A stretch of 64,000 bases of DNA from the human T2T-CHM13v2.0 reference genome, Homo sapiens. A program made the translations under genes and the position numbers. Positions 46,850-60,900 of this stretch are shown piece after piece. Below the pieces are notes generated by a model that saw only the letters and a program-made list of their open reading frames with translations, did not search any database and was not told where the DNA came from. The stretch lies in assembly GCF_009914755.1 (NCBI RefSeq), contig NC_060932.1; one strand, written 5' to 3'. Each line of letters starts with the position of its first letter. The first letter of the stretch is position 1.

Positions 46850-49750
46850 TTCAACTGAAGCCCCGAATCCATGTGTCCCCCTCCATTCTCACTATCACTG
46901 ATCTTGTTCATGGCCTCATAGCTTTTACCCAGAAGTTACCTCAGAATGTTCCACTGGCATCCACTGACTTTCAGTCACTTACTCCCCTACTCCATCTGAC
47001 ATACCAAGTGCAATTGCTAAAATAAGCAGATAATATTTTCCTTGCATCAAAAATATTTTTCACAATAATGTCTAGAAATAAAGACCAAACTCCTTAGCAT
47101 TGCATTTATGACCCGTCTTGATCATTCCAAGGCCGTTTTCCACTGCATAGATCCTCCACTGAAGCCGAATCTTTTTACCATTCCCCAAACATGCTCCACA
47201 CATTCTCCCCTTTGGAACTTTGCTGTTGTCCCCTGTGCCTAGAAGGCCCTTATGTCATCTTTGTCTATTGAAATCTCCCAATCCTTTAATGGTCAGTTCA
47301 GATGCCTCCCTCTCTGCTACCCTAATTCTCAATCAGAATTAATTTCTCCCTTTTCATATCTATAATCCTTTTCTTAATAGTACCAAATTTAACTTTAGAT
47401 TTTTACAAGCATTATTTTTATACATTGAAATTAGGAGTGTGAGAACAAATGCTAGATTATTTAATTTTGAATCTCCCCACAGCACAGCACACAAAACACA
47501 TTTATTTAGGTAGGTGATTAATAAAGATTGTTGCAGCTAAAATTTAGAAGTTTTCATACTTAAATGAAATTTCACACAGTAAACGTCTAATCAAATAGTA
47601 CAGCCTGTCCTTCTGACTCAAGTATAAGTGCCCTACATACTCTTTCTGCCCAGGAGACTTGAGAGGAATAATTTCATTTAACCAGAAGGAGCCCATTCCT
47701 GCTTAGGCATCACAATTAGTGAACATGCTGCTGGTAAATTTCACCAGAATTTAGGCCTATTAATAACAACCTATATCCTGTGCATCTTGAAGTTGGAAAT
47801 AGATAACCAAATGGATTTGAGAAAAAAAAGAAATTTATGTTTAAAATGTAAACTTAAATATAGTAAACATTGAAAATAAGCACACCCAACTAATTGCATT
47901 TGTATGTGTGTTATTTATTCAGAACATATTATCAAGCCTCTATTATAAGCCAACCATTGGAGATATGAGAGAATTAAACATAATCCTTGCTCTCTGAGAA
48001 CTTCACAGTGTACAGACACCAGACAACAAAACGTACACTGAAAAAATGTCTCACAAAAACTGTGCGAAGTTCTGTAGTTACATAGGGAAGTTGCCTCAGG
48101 AAGGTGGTAAAGATTTGACAAAATATCACATTAGAATTCATGATCATGAAAGATGAATACATGCTTACTGGGTATAAAGAGGACGAGAAAGTTCCATGCA
48201 AAGGAAATGGTAATGAAGTGCAAAATGACATGGCATATTTGCAAATCCATCAGTGGCTTAGAACAGCTAAAGCACATGGGAAGGGAATGAGGTAAAGGTG
48301 GTAAAACAAAAAGTGTACAGACTAAGAAAAGCTTTATGTTCCATAACAAGGATTTGGCTTTTATTCTCCTCCAGTTGGTGGGGTTATGGTCAGAACAGCA
48401 ACATGATAGTCTTTGTGCTTTTAAAAAATAGTTCTGAGAGCGATACAGAGGGCAGAATGAAAGCAGAGGCCCCAGCTGGGAGGCAGGGTGACAACCAAGG
48501 CAGAAGTCTGAAGATCGTGAACTGTGCCAGTGGAAGCAAGAGTGAAGAGGAGAATACAGATCGAAGAGATATTTTGGAGGAAAAATTGAAGATTTGGTAA
48601 ACAACAAACTGTAAGGTTAAAGGCAAAAGAGGAATTTAAAATGACCCTGATTTCTAGCTGAAGCTAGATGCTGATCTAATAAATGATAGAATGAAAAAGA
48701 AGTGGGTTTGTACGACAAAAACAGAGGATTAGTTGGAGACACAAATGTTTTTGAGACATCCAAATGAAAATATCAGTTGAAAAGACAATTGGAAATGTAG
48801 ATGTGGGGTAAGAGAGGGACCTGGGTATTGGAAAAAGAGATTTGGGAGTCTTAGATACAGTCCATTCTAGTTATTCGCAGATTCCATATTTGCATATTCA
48901 CCTACTCACAAAATGTATTTGTGACCCCCAAACCAAATACATGCAGTGCTTTGTGATCAAACCCAGACACAAAGGAGCAAAATATTTCTGTTGCCCCATG
49001 AGCACATTCCCAGCTGAGCTCAAACAAGGTGACATTCTGCCTTTTTATTTCAGCTTTTATACTTTAAATAAGTGTCCTTGCACATTCTATTTAGTGCCAT
49101 GTTTTTCACATGTTTGTGCTTTTTGTTGGTGATTTTGCTGTTTGAGATGGCCCCCAAGGGTAGTGCTGAAGTACTGTCTGGTGTTCCTAAGTACAAGAGG
49201 CTGTGATGTCCTTATGGAGAAAATGCATGTGCTAGATAAACTTCCTTCATGCAGGAGTTATAGTGCTGGTGGCTGTGAGTTCAATGTGAGTGGATCAATG
49301 ATCATATTAAACATGGGGTCTTCAACAGAAATAGACATAAAACAAGGTTATGCATTGATCAGTTGATGAAAATGTAAGAAGTTCACAGGAACCTACCCTG
49401 TATTTTCCCTAGCAGCAATGATTCAGTATTCAATAACTCAGTGTTCTCAATGGCTTTAAGGAACATAACTACTGTAAATAATGAGAATTGACTGTGTGTA
49501 AATAGTAGGTATGAGAACAGAAGATATTGAACAGCGAAAGCATATACACAGTGAGCAAATAAGAGTGGCAAAGGCAGAGCCCTAAAGAACATCATTATTT
49601 AGAGGGTGGATAGAAGATAAAATGTTAGGAGAAGCTCAAAAGGAATGGTCAGGTAGGTAAGAAGACCAATGTTAAGCAGTATCATGAGGAAATTTCAGGA
49701 AAGGTAAAATCACAAGAGTCAGAGGCTGCAAAAAGCTCCCAGGAGACACG
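46850..49750. mobile_element. L2 LINE relics (both orientations) surrounding MER82
   Basis: Degenerate L2 motifs such as aataaagaccaaactccttagc and attcagaacatattatcaagcctcta; boundaries approximate. Confidence 0.55.
48858..49494 (-). mobile_element. MER82 (Tigger-family) DNA transposon
   Basis: Inverted termini ta|cagtccattctagttattcgc...aataatgagaattgactg. Confidence 0.82.
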
Positions 49751-50303
49751 GAGATGGTATTTTTTAACCAAAAACACAAACAAAAAAAAAAACATATGCT
49801 TTTGAGTGTAATGGACCTGAATTTAAAATTTAGTTCTGCTACTTAATAGCTGAGTGACATAAGGAAATTCATCTTATTTCTCTGATCCTCAACTACTTCT
49901 GTAAGATGGAGACAATACCTATCCCAGAAAGTTGTTGTAGATTACATGAAATAATGTGCAATCCATGAAAATTACCAACTGTAAATATTCTATTTCTATT
50001 TTTAGAATGAGATAAAAATGTTTTAAAGGATGGAACAAGGCCATTATATATTACAGTGACCTCTGATCTTGTTCTCAGTGATGTCCAGCATATGTAAAAT
50101 TACACAAACGTGAGTTTCATTTAGGTTGTGAAGTTGGAGCTGGATTTGGTTTAGAAGTGCAATATAAATAGGCCTGCATTTTATACTGTCTGTCCTGTCT
50201 GTATCTAATGAAGATATCTGTTGATAGATCTTCTTATTTCTTGACTTTCCATGAATGGAAAATGGGCTTTGGAGATAGTCAAATGTGGTTTGAGTTATGG
50301 ATC

Positions 50304-50713
50304 TGATATGGTTTGGATCTGTGCCCCCACCCAAATCTCAGGTTGAAATGTAATCTCCTGTGCTAGAGGTGGGCCCTGGTGGGAGGTGATTGGATAACAG
50401 GGGCTGCTTCTAATGGTTTAGCACTATCCCCCCAGTGCTGTTCTTGTGATAGAGTTCTCACAAGATCTGTTTGTTTAAAAGTGTGTGGCACCTCCCCACA
50501 CTTCCTCCTGCTCCAGACATGTAAGATGTACCTGCTTCTCTTCCCCTTTGCCTTCTGCCATGATTATAACTTTCCTGAGGCCTCTAGAAGCCAAGCAGAA
50601 GCTGTTCTGCTACCTCTATAGCCTGCAGAACAATGAGCCATTTAGCCCCTTTTCTTTATAAATTATCCAGTCTCGGATATTTCTTTATAGCAGCACAAGA
50701 ACAGACCAATACA
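50304..50713 (+). mobile_element. MSTA/MSTB MaLR solo LTR
   Basis: tgatatggtttggatctgtg...acagaccaataca, with a perfect TSD GGATC at 50299-50303 and 50714-50718. Confidence 0.9.
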
Positions 50714-51079
50714 GGATCCCTACCACCTTCATTCACTCACTCATGCAAATAGTTATTAAAAGTACATATTATGGTTCCAGGTTCTGTGTTAAGGCACTAG
50801 AGATGAAGTCCTGGCCCACATACTCCATGAGCTTAGTCTAATGGAAGGAGAAAATAAGTATAATAAAATGTTTAACATTAAGTTTCCAGTTTAAGGACCC
50901 CATAATATATATGATAGGTCAAAATGGGTGTGAGAAAGATGCTCCTGGAGAATGTTTCAAAGACGATGAATGTCATGATTCTTGAACCTCCTCACCCACT
51001 TTGAGAACAGAAAATAGAGAATCAAGGAGAGTGAGGTATGTGGTCGTAGTTCTTTGAAGAAGAATGGGGAAAGATATCA

Positions 51080-51759
51080 CTTTCATCACAAGCCAAAAGA
51101 AAGGAGACTTCAAGGCGACCACTTGAATGTTTGTTGATATTTTTGTTCACATTAACAAGATACACATAAGATGCAAGTGAAACACAAACACCCATAGTAA
51201 CTCAACAACGTGAGCAACTTCTTCCGGAATCAGCTAGTAATTTTCAAATACTAGAGGAAAATTTACATTTTTTTTCTTTTGCTATTCACAGCATAACAGC
51301 TGCAGGCACAGCATACTTTTAAGTCTTATCTGCCTCGTAAACATTTTCTCCAACAGATCCTTAAATCTCCAGTGGGCAATCAACAAAACAAGAAATCGAA
51401 CTTTTATTTATGGCGTTTACCAATTTCTGAGGTGGGAATACTTACACCATGGTAGATTTCAAGCTACTAACATGTTGTCACTGAATGCGAATTGGGAAGA
51501 GGTGTGCAATAGCATCTCCACCATATAGATCCAATAGATGTAAATCCCCTCAGGAGCATAGATAATAGCAAAATGTATTCAAATAACTAGGAAATTAGAG
51601 ATTTGAATATTTATTGCATGAGTTTTTTGTATAATTTAGTTGTACATTTATATCATTTAATTTTTAATAATCCCTGTTTAACAACTGCCTTGCAAAATTC
51701 CTAAAAATTTAACAGTAGGCTCTCATAAGCCAGTGCACGGCAACTTCTGCACACCATTG
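51080..51759 (-). mobile_element. MER63 (hAT-Blackjack) relic
   Basis: Right end gcaaaattcctaaaaatttaacagtaggctctcataagccagtgc...gcacaccattg; left boundary uncertain. Confidence 0.65.
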
Positions 51760-52689
51760 ACATTAAGTTCATTGAATATGTAGCCTTCACTATCCTATCT
51801 GTCACTCTGAAACTAGTAAAATATGGATTTTCCTCACTAACTATGAAATTGGTAGTAACTTTTGGGACAGCATCTCCTGTTCCTTTAGTCCAGTGGATAC
51901 TTTTTAGTCTTAATCTTTCTTGATTATCTGTAGTAAATGACATCATTGGTATGCCTGTTGAAACTGCCTCATCACCAGTTTTTCCAGTCTCTTGTGTTCC
52001 TCTCACCTCTCTATTACTCAGGGCTACATTGAAAGCTTTCCTTTTTCCACTGAGTTCTTCAATGTTGGTGTTTGTGAGTGTTCTTAATCCTCGAATCTTC
52101 TCACATTTCACACTGCTCCTGCGAAGCCTTGTCTACTCTATCATTTACATGCAGTCAACACCCAAATCTGTATGTCCAAACCAAAATTCTTGCCTAATCT
52201 TCTAATCTTTATACCCACATTTGCAATTGCTCCATGATGCATTTTCACCAGAGTGTTCCACATACATTTTGAACTCAAAATGTCCATAACAAACTTGTTT
52301 ATTTCCTTTGAAATTTGTTTCCCCCTTTCAACTCAATAATTTACGGGTAGCACCATTTGCCAAATCACCTAGCCAAATCCCCAGATGTCATTTTTTATTC
52401 CTCTTTTTTTCATGTATTCCACATTGAAGACTCCAGCTCCTGTCGGTTCTGACGTTAATATTTCTACCAAGTATTGCTTCTTTCTGTTCTCACTGCCACT
52501 GATAAAAATTGAGTCCTAATTACTTCCCATTGTTGTAATAATCTATTTCCTAACTTTGACTCATCATACACATTGATGCATCTGTAATCTTTGTAAATCA
52601 CAAATCCTTTAATGGCTCCCAGTTGCCTTAGAGCAGTGTCTCTCAAACATAGCTGCACAACAGAATCAGCTGAGCAAGGATTTTGTTCA

Positions 52690-53340
52690 ATCAAGTTTAT
52701 AAATGAATAATTTACATATAATAAAATGCATGCATTTTAAGTGTATACAGTGTGCTTTTAACAAACGTATTAATACATACCTGTGTAACTACCACCACAA
52801 TCAAGTTATAAAACACTTCTGTCACCTCAAAAAGTTCCTACATGTCCTACAATTGGGGAACTGAATCCTTACTCCAAAAGACAGCCCCAAGCTACCACCA
52901 GCTTTTAGTCATTAAAGGTGTTGCCTGTTCTAAAATTTCATATAAATTAAATCAGACAATATTTACTCTTTCGCACCTGGCTTTTTTTACCCAAGATAAT
53001 ATCTTTGAGATTCATTCAAGACATGTGAATCCATAACTTCTTCCTTTTTACTATTGAGTAGTATTCCATTGTATGATTTATCAAAATTGTATCCATTCAT
53101 TGGCTGATGGACATTTGGATTGTTTCCAGTTTACAGGCTATTACAGATAAAGCTTCTATGAACATTTGAGTTGAAATACTTTATAAATGTATACTTATAT
53201 CCCTCTTGGGTCAATATTTAAGAGTAGAATTGCTGGTTCTTATGATAATGGAATATTTAACATTAGAAGAAACTGACAACCTCTTTTCCAAAGTGGCTGT
53301 ACCATTCTAGGACCCACTAGCAGTGTATGAGAGTTCCATG
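52690..53340 (-). mobile_element. Ancient L1M 3' fragment nested in a split MER5A-like element within L2 sequence
   Basis: gagtagtattccattgtatg...ttttccaaagtggctgtaccatt, with MER5-like ends at ~52634 and ~53780. Confidence 0.65.
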
Positions 53341-53357
53341 CAGAAAGCCAAGGCAAC

Positions 53358-53497
53358 AGCTACTCGGGAGGCTGAGGTGGGAGGATTGCTCTAACTAGAC
53401 AGATTGAGGCTGCAGTGAGGCGTGATTGCACCACTGTACTCCAGCCTGGACAACAGAGAGAAACCCTATCTCAAAAAATAAATAAATAAAAATAAAG
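53358..53497 (+). mobile_element. Alu right-arm fragment (J/FRAM-like)
   Basis: agctactcgggaggctgaggtgggaggattgc...ctcaaaaaataaat. Confidence 0.8.
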
Positions 53498-54259
53498 AGC
53501 CTGGGCAAATATAGTCACCTTGTTCGTTTTCCTTCTTTCAGATATCACAGACCTGTACTGCCTGTTGCTCAATGCCTTAAAACTGTTGTTTTTAGTTGTT
53601 AAGAGTGGGAGGACAAGTCCAACATCAGGTATACTGTCATGGCCAGCAGCAAAATCCACTTTGCGAACATCTTAAGAAATATGATGCCTGACTCCCACTC
53701 TATACCAATTATTAATAAATCTGAGTACCTGGAGACGAGAGAGAAGAGGTGATTCTAATGTACAAGAATGTTAGAGAATCACTGGCTCAGAGGATTCCAT
53801 CCCCAACCTAAGGCAAGATCCTTCAGAATCTGTCTCAAGCCTCCATTCTACATCTGTCTCCTCCCCACCATTCCATAACCATCTTTTGTCATTTCTAAGT
53901 TGCAACCATATAGCAATTTGCTGACATGAATATAATATTTTAAATATCAGTGTCTTTGTAAATATCTTTGCCTTTACCAAGATTCTTTCTGGTCTAATAC
54001 TTCTACTGGAAGTACTTTCCTTCAACACTCAGCTAAAATGTCTTTGGCTCTATGAGGCATTTCTTGTTAAAGAGCCCGAGATTTCTAGGGCAGAATCTGA
54101 TGTTAAGAGAGTATCAGGAAAACAAGTGCAGTTTAGTATTTGGCACTGCCATTTACTACAGGGTGAAGTTAGTCTTCATCATCTGGTTTCCTCGGGTATA
54201 ACAAGATAATCATAACTACCTGGTAGAGGGATAAATGAAATTACACAGGGAATGCACAG

Positions 54260-55048
<789 letters not shown>

Positions 55049-55251
55049 TAGCATGGTGCACACAGCAGATACCAACGGAGTATTTCCCCTCACATGGCTC
55101 ACATTTCCTTTGTAACCCTCCCAAGCAAAGCTCTACTGCAAGCTGCATCTTACCCGTTTACATGTCTCTTTTCCCTACTAGACTGAGTTTCATAATGACT
55201 GGGACTATTTCTTTTTACCTTTGCATCCCTTGGGCATAAAAGTGCCTAGGA

Positions 55252-55572
<321 letters not shown>

Positions 55573-55604
55573 TCAATTTCAGTTGAATGACGAGGGCTTG
55601 ATAG

Positions 55605-56024
<420 letters not shown>

Positions 56025-56239
56025 AGAGTTCTGCTTTTAGCAAATTATTCCAAGCACTTTTTACGGTGTTTTTCACTCTCAGTGCTAATTCACGCTGTGG
56101 TGACGATGTACCATCCAATCCTTGATAGGAAAGATCAGAGAATCTGACCAAGACTAGATGGAGAGGTTGCAATTTTTCATCAGATGAAAAATCCAGAGGA
56201 TGTTTTCATTGTTGAGCTAAATGAATCTGCAAGTCTATG

Positions 56240-56890
56240 CTGCCCTCTAGGGCGGCCTACAGTGCCTTTAGGCGAGTAGCAGGAGCAACACAAAACTTAA
56301 CAGAGGTTTCCCTGCGGAGAAACTCCCTTTAAGAAAAAAGGAGAAACCAAAAAGGTGGGCCAGCACCGGAAGCGGGGGCGCGGGTTCGGGTAGCGGGGAC
56401 GCGCACGCACCTTGCGCGTCTTCGCCCCTCCTGCGGTTGCCAGGCAACCGGCCCCGGAAGTTGCGGCAGGTGCGTCCGCAGCGGGCGCCGCTAGCCAGCG
56501 GAAGATGGCGGAGGGCGGAGGCCCTGAGCCCGGCGAGCAGGAGAGGAGGTCTTCCGGGCCGCGGCCTCCGAGCGCGCGGGATTTGCAGGTGAGGCGAGGA
56601 GCCGGGGGAGGGAGCGCGGCGGTGGACGCGGGCTGGTGACGGCGCGGGCTGGTGCGAGTTGGAGGCCACCTCTGGCCTCGGCGGAGCCTTTCCCCGACCC
56701 CGTCTGGGGATAGAATCCGGCGCCCGGTCTCCCGATGTCGGGTCTTGACACTGTGGTGGTCGTGAACACAAGTGCCCAAGCCTCCAGCGCTGGTGCTTTG
56801 TCTCCCTTCCACCCCACGTATGATGTAAAAATAGCTATTCGTTTAGAATGACATTTTGCGGGGTCAGTTGGTCGGTTCACGGGTTGATGC
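56240..56890 (+). promoter_or_regulatory. UBXN2B: CpG island / TATA-less promoter of UBXN2B
   Basis: Abrupt rise in GC and CpG density around exon 1. ETS-type CCGGAAG at 56366 and 56454, RFX X-box at 56436-56448, YY1-type AAGATGGCGG at 56502-56511, NRF1-like GCGCACGCAC at 56401. Confidence 0.9.
56505..56588 (+). CDS. UBXN2B: UBXN2B (p37, UBX domain-containing protein 2B) coding exon 1
   Basis: ATG at 56505 in a good Kozak context (AAGATGG) inside a CpG island. 84 nt encode MAEGGGPEPGEQERRSSGPRPPSARDLQ, followed by donor CAG|GTGAGG (phase 0). I recognise the peptide as the human UBXN2B N-terminus. Confidence 0.95.
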
Positions 56891-57774
56891 TTCCTTCTTG
56901 AGACTTACTCCAGAAGAAAGGTTACTGTGGCCGCAGGGAAGTAGACAGTCACCTGAACAGTAATGATACGTGATTTGTTCTTTTTTGTCTTGGATGCTAT
57001 TTCTGACTTGCTTACTTAAATATAAAAATGGTTCCATTTTATCAGGTAGGTTTTTCTTTTAAAGGGGTGAAGGAAAGCGATGCACTCTATGCCCATACAG
57101 CCTAGTTGTCTAAGCTGTGGTCTTTAAAACATTGCACTGAAGAAACTGGGAAATAAAATTTCGTAATGTTGTGTAGGACACTAGTATTAGTTAGCTAAAT
57201 AGTAGCGCACCAAATCCCGTTTTATCAGATACTAACGCCACTTTTCTCATTTTAGGCGTTTTTGTGTCTCATTATAAGATTATTGATAAAAATTTGACAA
57301 GTAAATATCAGTAAGGAGATACTAAGGAGAATCTTGGTAGAACAGTTTTACTGTATTACTTTACAACCACACTTCATTCTAATGTGAACAAACCACCATC
57401 CATTGTAACATACTGCTGAGCTTTGCGAATGTGGAAATAAGGACATCAAATCCTTAGTCGGTGCTGAACTCTATTGATGGGTAGGTATGTAAGTGTAAAA
57501 GACAGTTCTACCTTTTGGAAGCCTACAGATTTCTTCGGAGAAATAGGGTATGAATACTTAGCATAACATTTTAAGATGGAGTATGATTGGGTGCCAAAAT
57601 AAGCAGTGCATAAAGCGAAGAATTTGGAGGCTGGAGAGATCAGTGTAACATTAGGAGGTGAACTTAATGTAGAATAGTTCCAGCTCCCATAGTTGGTTCA
57701 GTAGTAGTAAACAGTATCAAGGGATAGGAAGCTATTGTGTACCTCATCTTTCCTATTATAAACCCACATCACTA

Positions 57775-57980
57775 AGAGGCAGCATGGAGTTAGTAGTCCC
57801 ACCAATTTTGGTTTGCCTCTTAGTCCTGCTACTTAGTAGTTTTGTGAACTTAGGAGAAATGTCTTAACCTGTCTGATCCTGTGTCTTCATTTGTAAACTG
57901 AGGAAGGTCAGGGTGCTGGTGGTGGTGTAAGGATTAAATAATGTTATAAAGGGCCTATGCAAAATTCCTACATTATCCTG
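57775..57980 (+). mobile_element. MIR
   Basis: ctgctacttagtagttttgtgaacttaggagaaatgtcttaacctgtctg...catttgtaaactgagg. Confidence 0.7.
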
Positions 57981-58417
57981 GCTCAGTTGTTGCTGGGCAA
58001 ATATTTGATTCCTTTTTCCTCAGGAGAAAGATGCTATAACTTTCCCTGGCTAGTCAATTCTAATATCATTAAAGTTAATAGAGTGTGTAACTTAATGTCC
58101 TTTCCCTAATTTAAATCCATTTCTTCTTTTTATGTGAAAAGTGAGAACAGCTTGCTTAATGACCACCTGATTCTTGGCAAATTGTTTGCAGTCTTAATCC
58201 AGTGGATCAAAGTACGATTAATGTTTGGAGATACTCTGGTAGATGTTGCTAATTGTGAGAATGCCTTCATTTCCACCCTAAGTTATGATGGGGATTTTTT
58301 TTTTCATCTCCTGTCTACTTGTTGTAGGTTAGGGCAGTAGGAAGATAACTGATTTCTTTATGAATGTGATTTGGTGTATCAAGTACAGTATCTAAGTATT
58401 GATAATCTTTCCTTTAG

Positions 58418-58490
58418 AACTTAATATGAATGTGAAGAACTTGCAAAGAAACTTGAAAACAGCCAAAGGGATGGCATATCAAGAAATAAA
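58418..58490 (+). other. UBXN2B: Candidate alternative cassette exon in UBXN2B intron 1 (73 nt, introduces a premature stop)
   Basis: Polypyrimidine acceptor tctttcctttag|AAC, donor AAA|GTATGT, and a purine-rich interior with GAAGAA. After exon 1 it reads AAC TTA ATA TGA. Confidence 0.55.
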
Positions 58491-60719
58491 GTATGTATCA
58501 AAAGTTTAAAAGAATTAAATAATGTTCTTCCCAAATGGTACCTTGGATATTGATTATTTATAGATTATCTTGTTACCGTTTAATCTAGACATGCTTTTCT
58601 TAAGAGTTACGCAGTTCGTGCAGCTTTCAGTAGATATTTCTTACTTCCCTAACAGCTTGCTCTAAGAGTCTTTCAGAGTGAGTAAAGGGGCAACATATTA
58701 CCAATTGGAACAAGCAGAATTACCCCTGAGTAAGTGTATCTTAGCTGCCATGCAGTGTAGGGTTTGTCAGCATCTGAATCAGGAGGGAGTGTTCCAGGTA
58801 CCACCAGAGAAAAGCTGCATAGTTGCTTCCCAAAAGGCCTCCCAGCCCTGGGAGCCCCCAGGTTACAAACTGCAGACTCGGAAATGTTTTTTTGCATATC
58901 AGAGTAGATTTTCATAGCTCCCTTCATCCCCCTCAAATAAGGAGATGGTCATGGGGAAAGTTAGGGGTGGGATTGTTAGTGGCAAAACTAAGCCCAAAAC
59001 CTCACCAGTGTTCAATAGTATTTCTGAATTGCTTTCTCTTCTGGTGTCCCTCAGCCCGCCACACACATGTTCATTAAGGTATTTAGTTGTATACTCTGTC
59101 CCAGTTTTCCTCCACATATTATCTGTTTCTACATAGGTTGGACGGGGAGGGAGTGGGAACAGGGATAACTTCAGTATTGTTAGGGTTAGGATTGGATTTG
59201 TTAGGATGGACTCAATAGTGGGTACTATAAATGAGAAGAATTAAAATGTCTGATAGCTGTTCTGATAACTGTGTTGCCACAAGTACCCTAATCATATTGA
59301 ATGTCATTATTCTGTATCGTTGATTCTCTAGTATGCATCTGTGACCTGGAAGGCTTGTCAGAGATTGCTGGGCCCTACCCCAGAGTGTGATTCATTGGTT
59401 CTAGAGTAGAGTTTAAGCATATGCATTTCCTAGAAGTTCCCAGGTGTCTGTATAATAATCATTTATTACAGCGTCTAGAATTGGTTACTCTAAGGCTGAG
59501 AATTCCAATACTTTTAATATTTTGCTATATACTTTATTTTCTCACCCGATTCCTTTGCTTTCAGGTTTCAAGTTCTTCACATTTCAAATTCTAGAGGAAA
59601 GATTATCAATACTTTACTTACATACTTTATCCTCTGCATATTATTGAAACATTTTCTTAATTACGTTTTGAGATTTTTTTGTTGTGTTAGTTTTGACCAG
59701 TACTTCAATTAATATTTATCAATTTAAATTATCATTTCCTCTTTTGATGTAATGTCATCTATGTTAAATAATATAAATTAAATTTCTTTGTAGTATTTAC
59801 TAATGAACTCATGCCATATGATGCCATATGGCATCAACTCCCTCTAAATATTACTCATTTTCTTCTAAGTTTTTAATGATGTACCGTTAATAACTAGGAT
59901 CTTTCAGCCAGGTAGACTCTTTAATATCATTTTCCTCATATTCCTCTTTTCTTAATGTATGTTCCACATTCCATGGGGCTAGTGGCATTTTTGCTTTTTT
60001 AATTTATGTCACCAAAGAAAATTGTTATTTGATTGGAAGCATTTATTCAAATCTTGTTAAAGCAAAAAGTGTTTAACAAATATAACCCCAATTTAAAATA
60101 CATCTATCTATATCTATTTCTGATTCATTTTCTATTATGTTCTTTATATAATTCAACGTCAATTTGTTGCCTTTTAGGTACAATATTAGAAACAATTTGA
60201 GAAACTTAAAATCTAGTTGGGGAAATAAAACAGCAAAAGTACACAAGTAATGACAACATAATGCTTAATATGAATGTCATTGGGGGTATTACGTGCTATG
60301 AGTATTTAGAAAAAAAGATATTAAGAAGATTAGAAAAGGTTTTGTGAAGGAGAGCTGAAATGGGCCTTTGAAATACAGATGACATTTTCATTGATGAGAA
60401 TAGGAATATCATAAAAGTAATTCATAAAGCTGACATAATGAGCTTAGAAGGAAATCCATAAAATAATACTACTTTAAAGAAATTTCAGGGAGGTAAAATT
60501 TCTGAAAACTTTAGACCCTAGTCATCAGACTGTGTATGTGCATGTCTGTCTCTCTCTCCTCTATCATTTGTTTGTTTTTTGTTTTGTGTTTTTGGAGGGG
60601 ATGGAGTAGTAAAGGACCATAAGGAGATATAACACTGTAGGAAGAAAAAAAAATCTTGGGGAAAATGAAACACTGATACAATCATTACTAAACATTTAAG
60701 AATAATATCTTCTAGTGAT

Positions 60720-60900
60720 GGAACACATGCTTTGTGCTTTCCATACATTATTTAATCCTTCAAATGACTACGGTGATTTTTTATAGGCATTTGAAGATGT
60801 GGTAACTAAGGCTCAGAGAAATTAAATAATTTGCCCAAGATCACACAGGAAGTGCCTAAGTTACGATTTGAATTCAGTCCTTTTAGATTACCAAACACTT
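60720..60900 (-). mobile_element. MIR
   Basis: gatgtggtaactaaggctcagagaaattaaataatttgcccaagatcacacag. Confidence 0.75.

Noticed and set aside
56412-56639. 75-aa ORF as a complete gene or N-terminal extension
   Set aside because: It is exon 1 read from an upstream TTG through the splice donor into intron 1. The real start is ATG 56505.
56268-56880. 129-171 aa antisense ORFs over the promoter
   Set aside because: GC-rich CpG islands are poor in stop codons, the peptides are low-complexity, and they overlap UBXN2B exon 1.
58673-59136. Cluster of short ORFs in UBXN2B intron 1
   Set aside because: No convincing paired splice sites or protein similarity; consistent with random ORFs.
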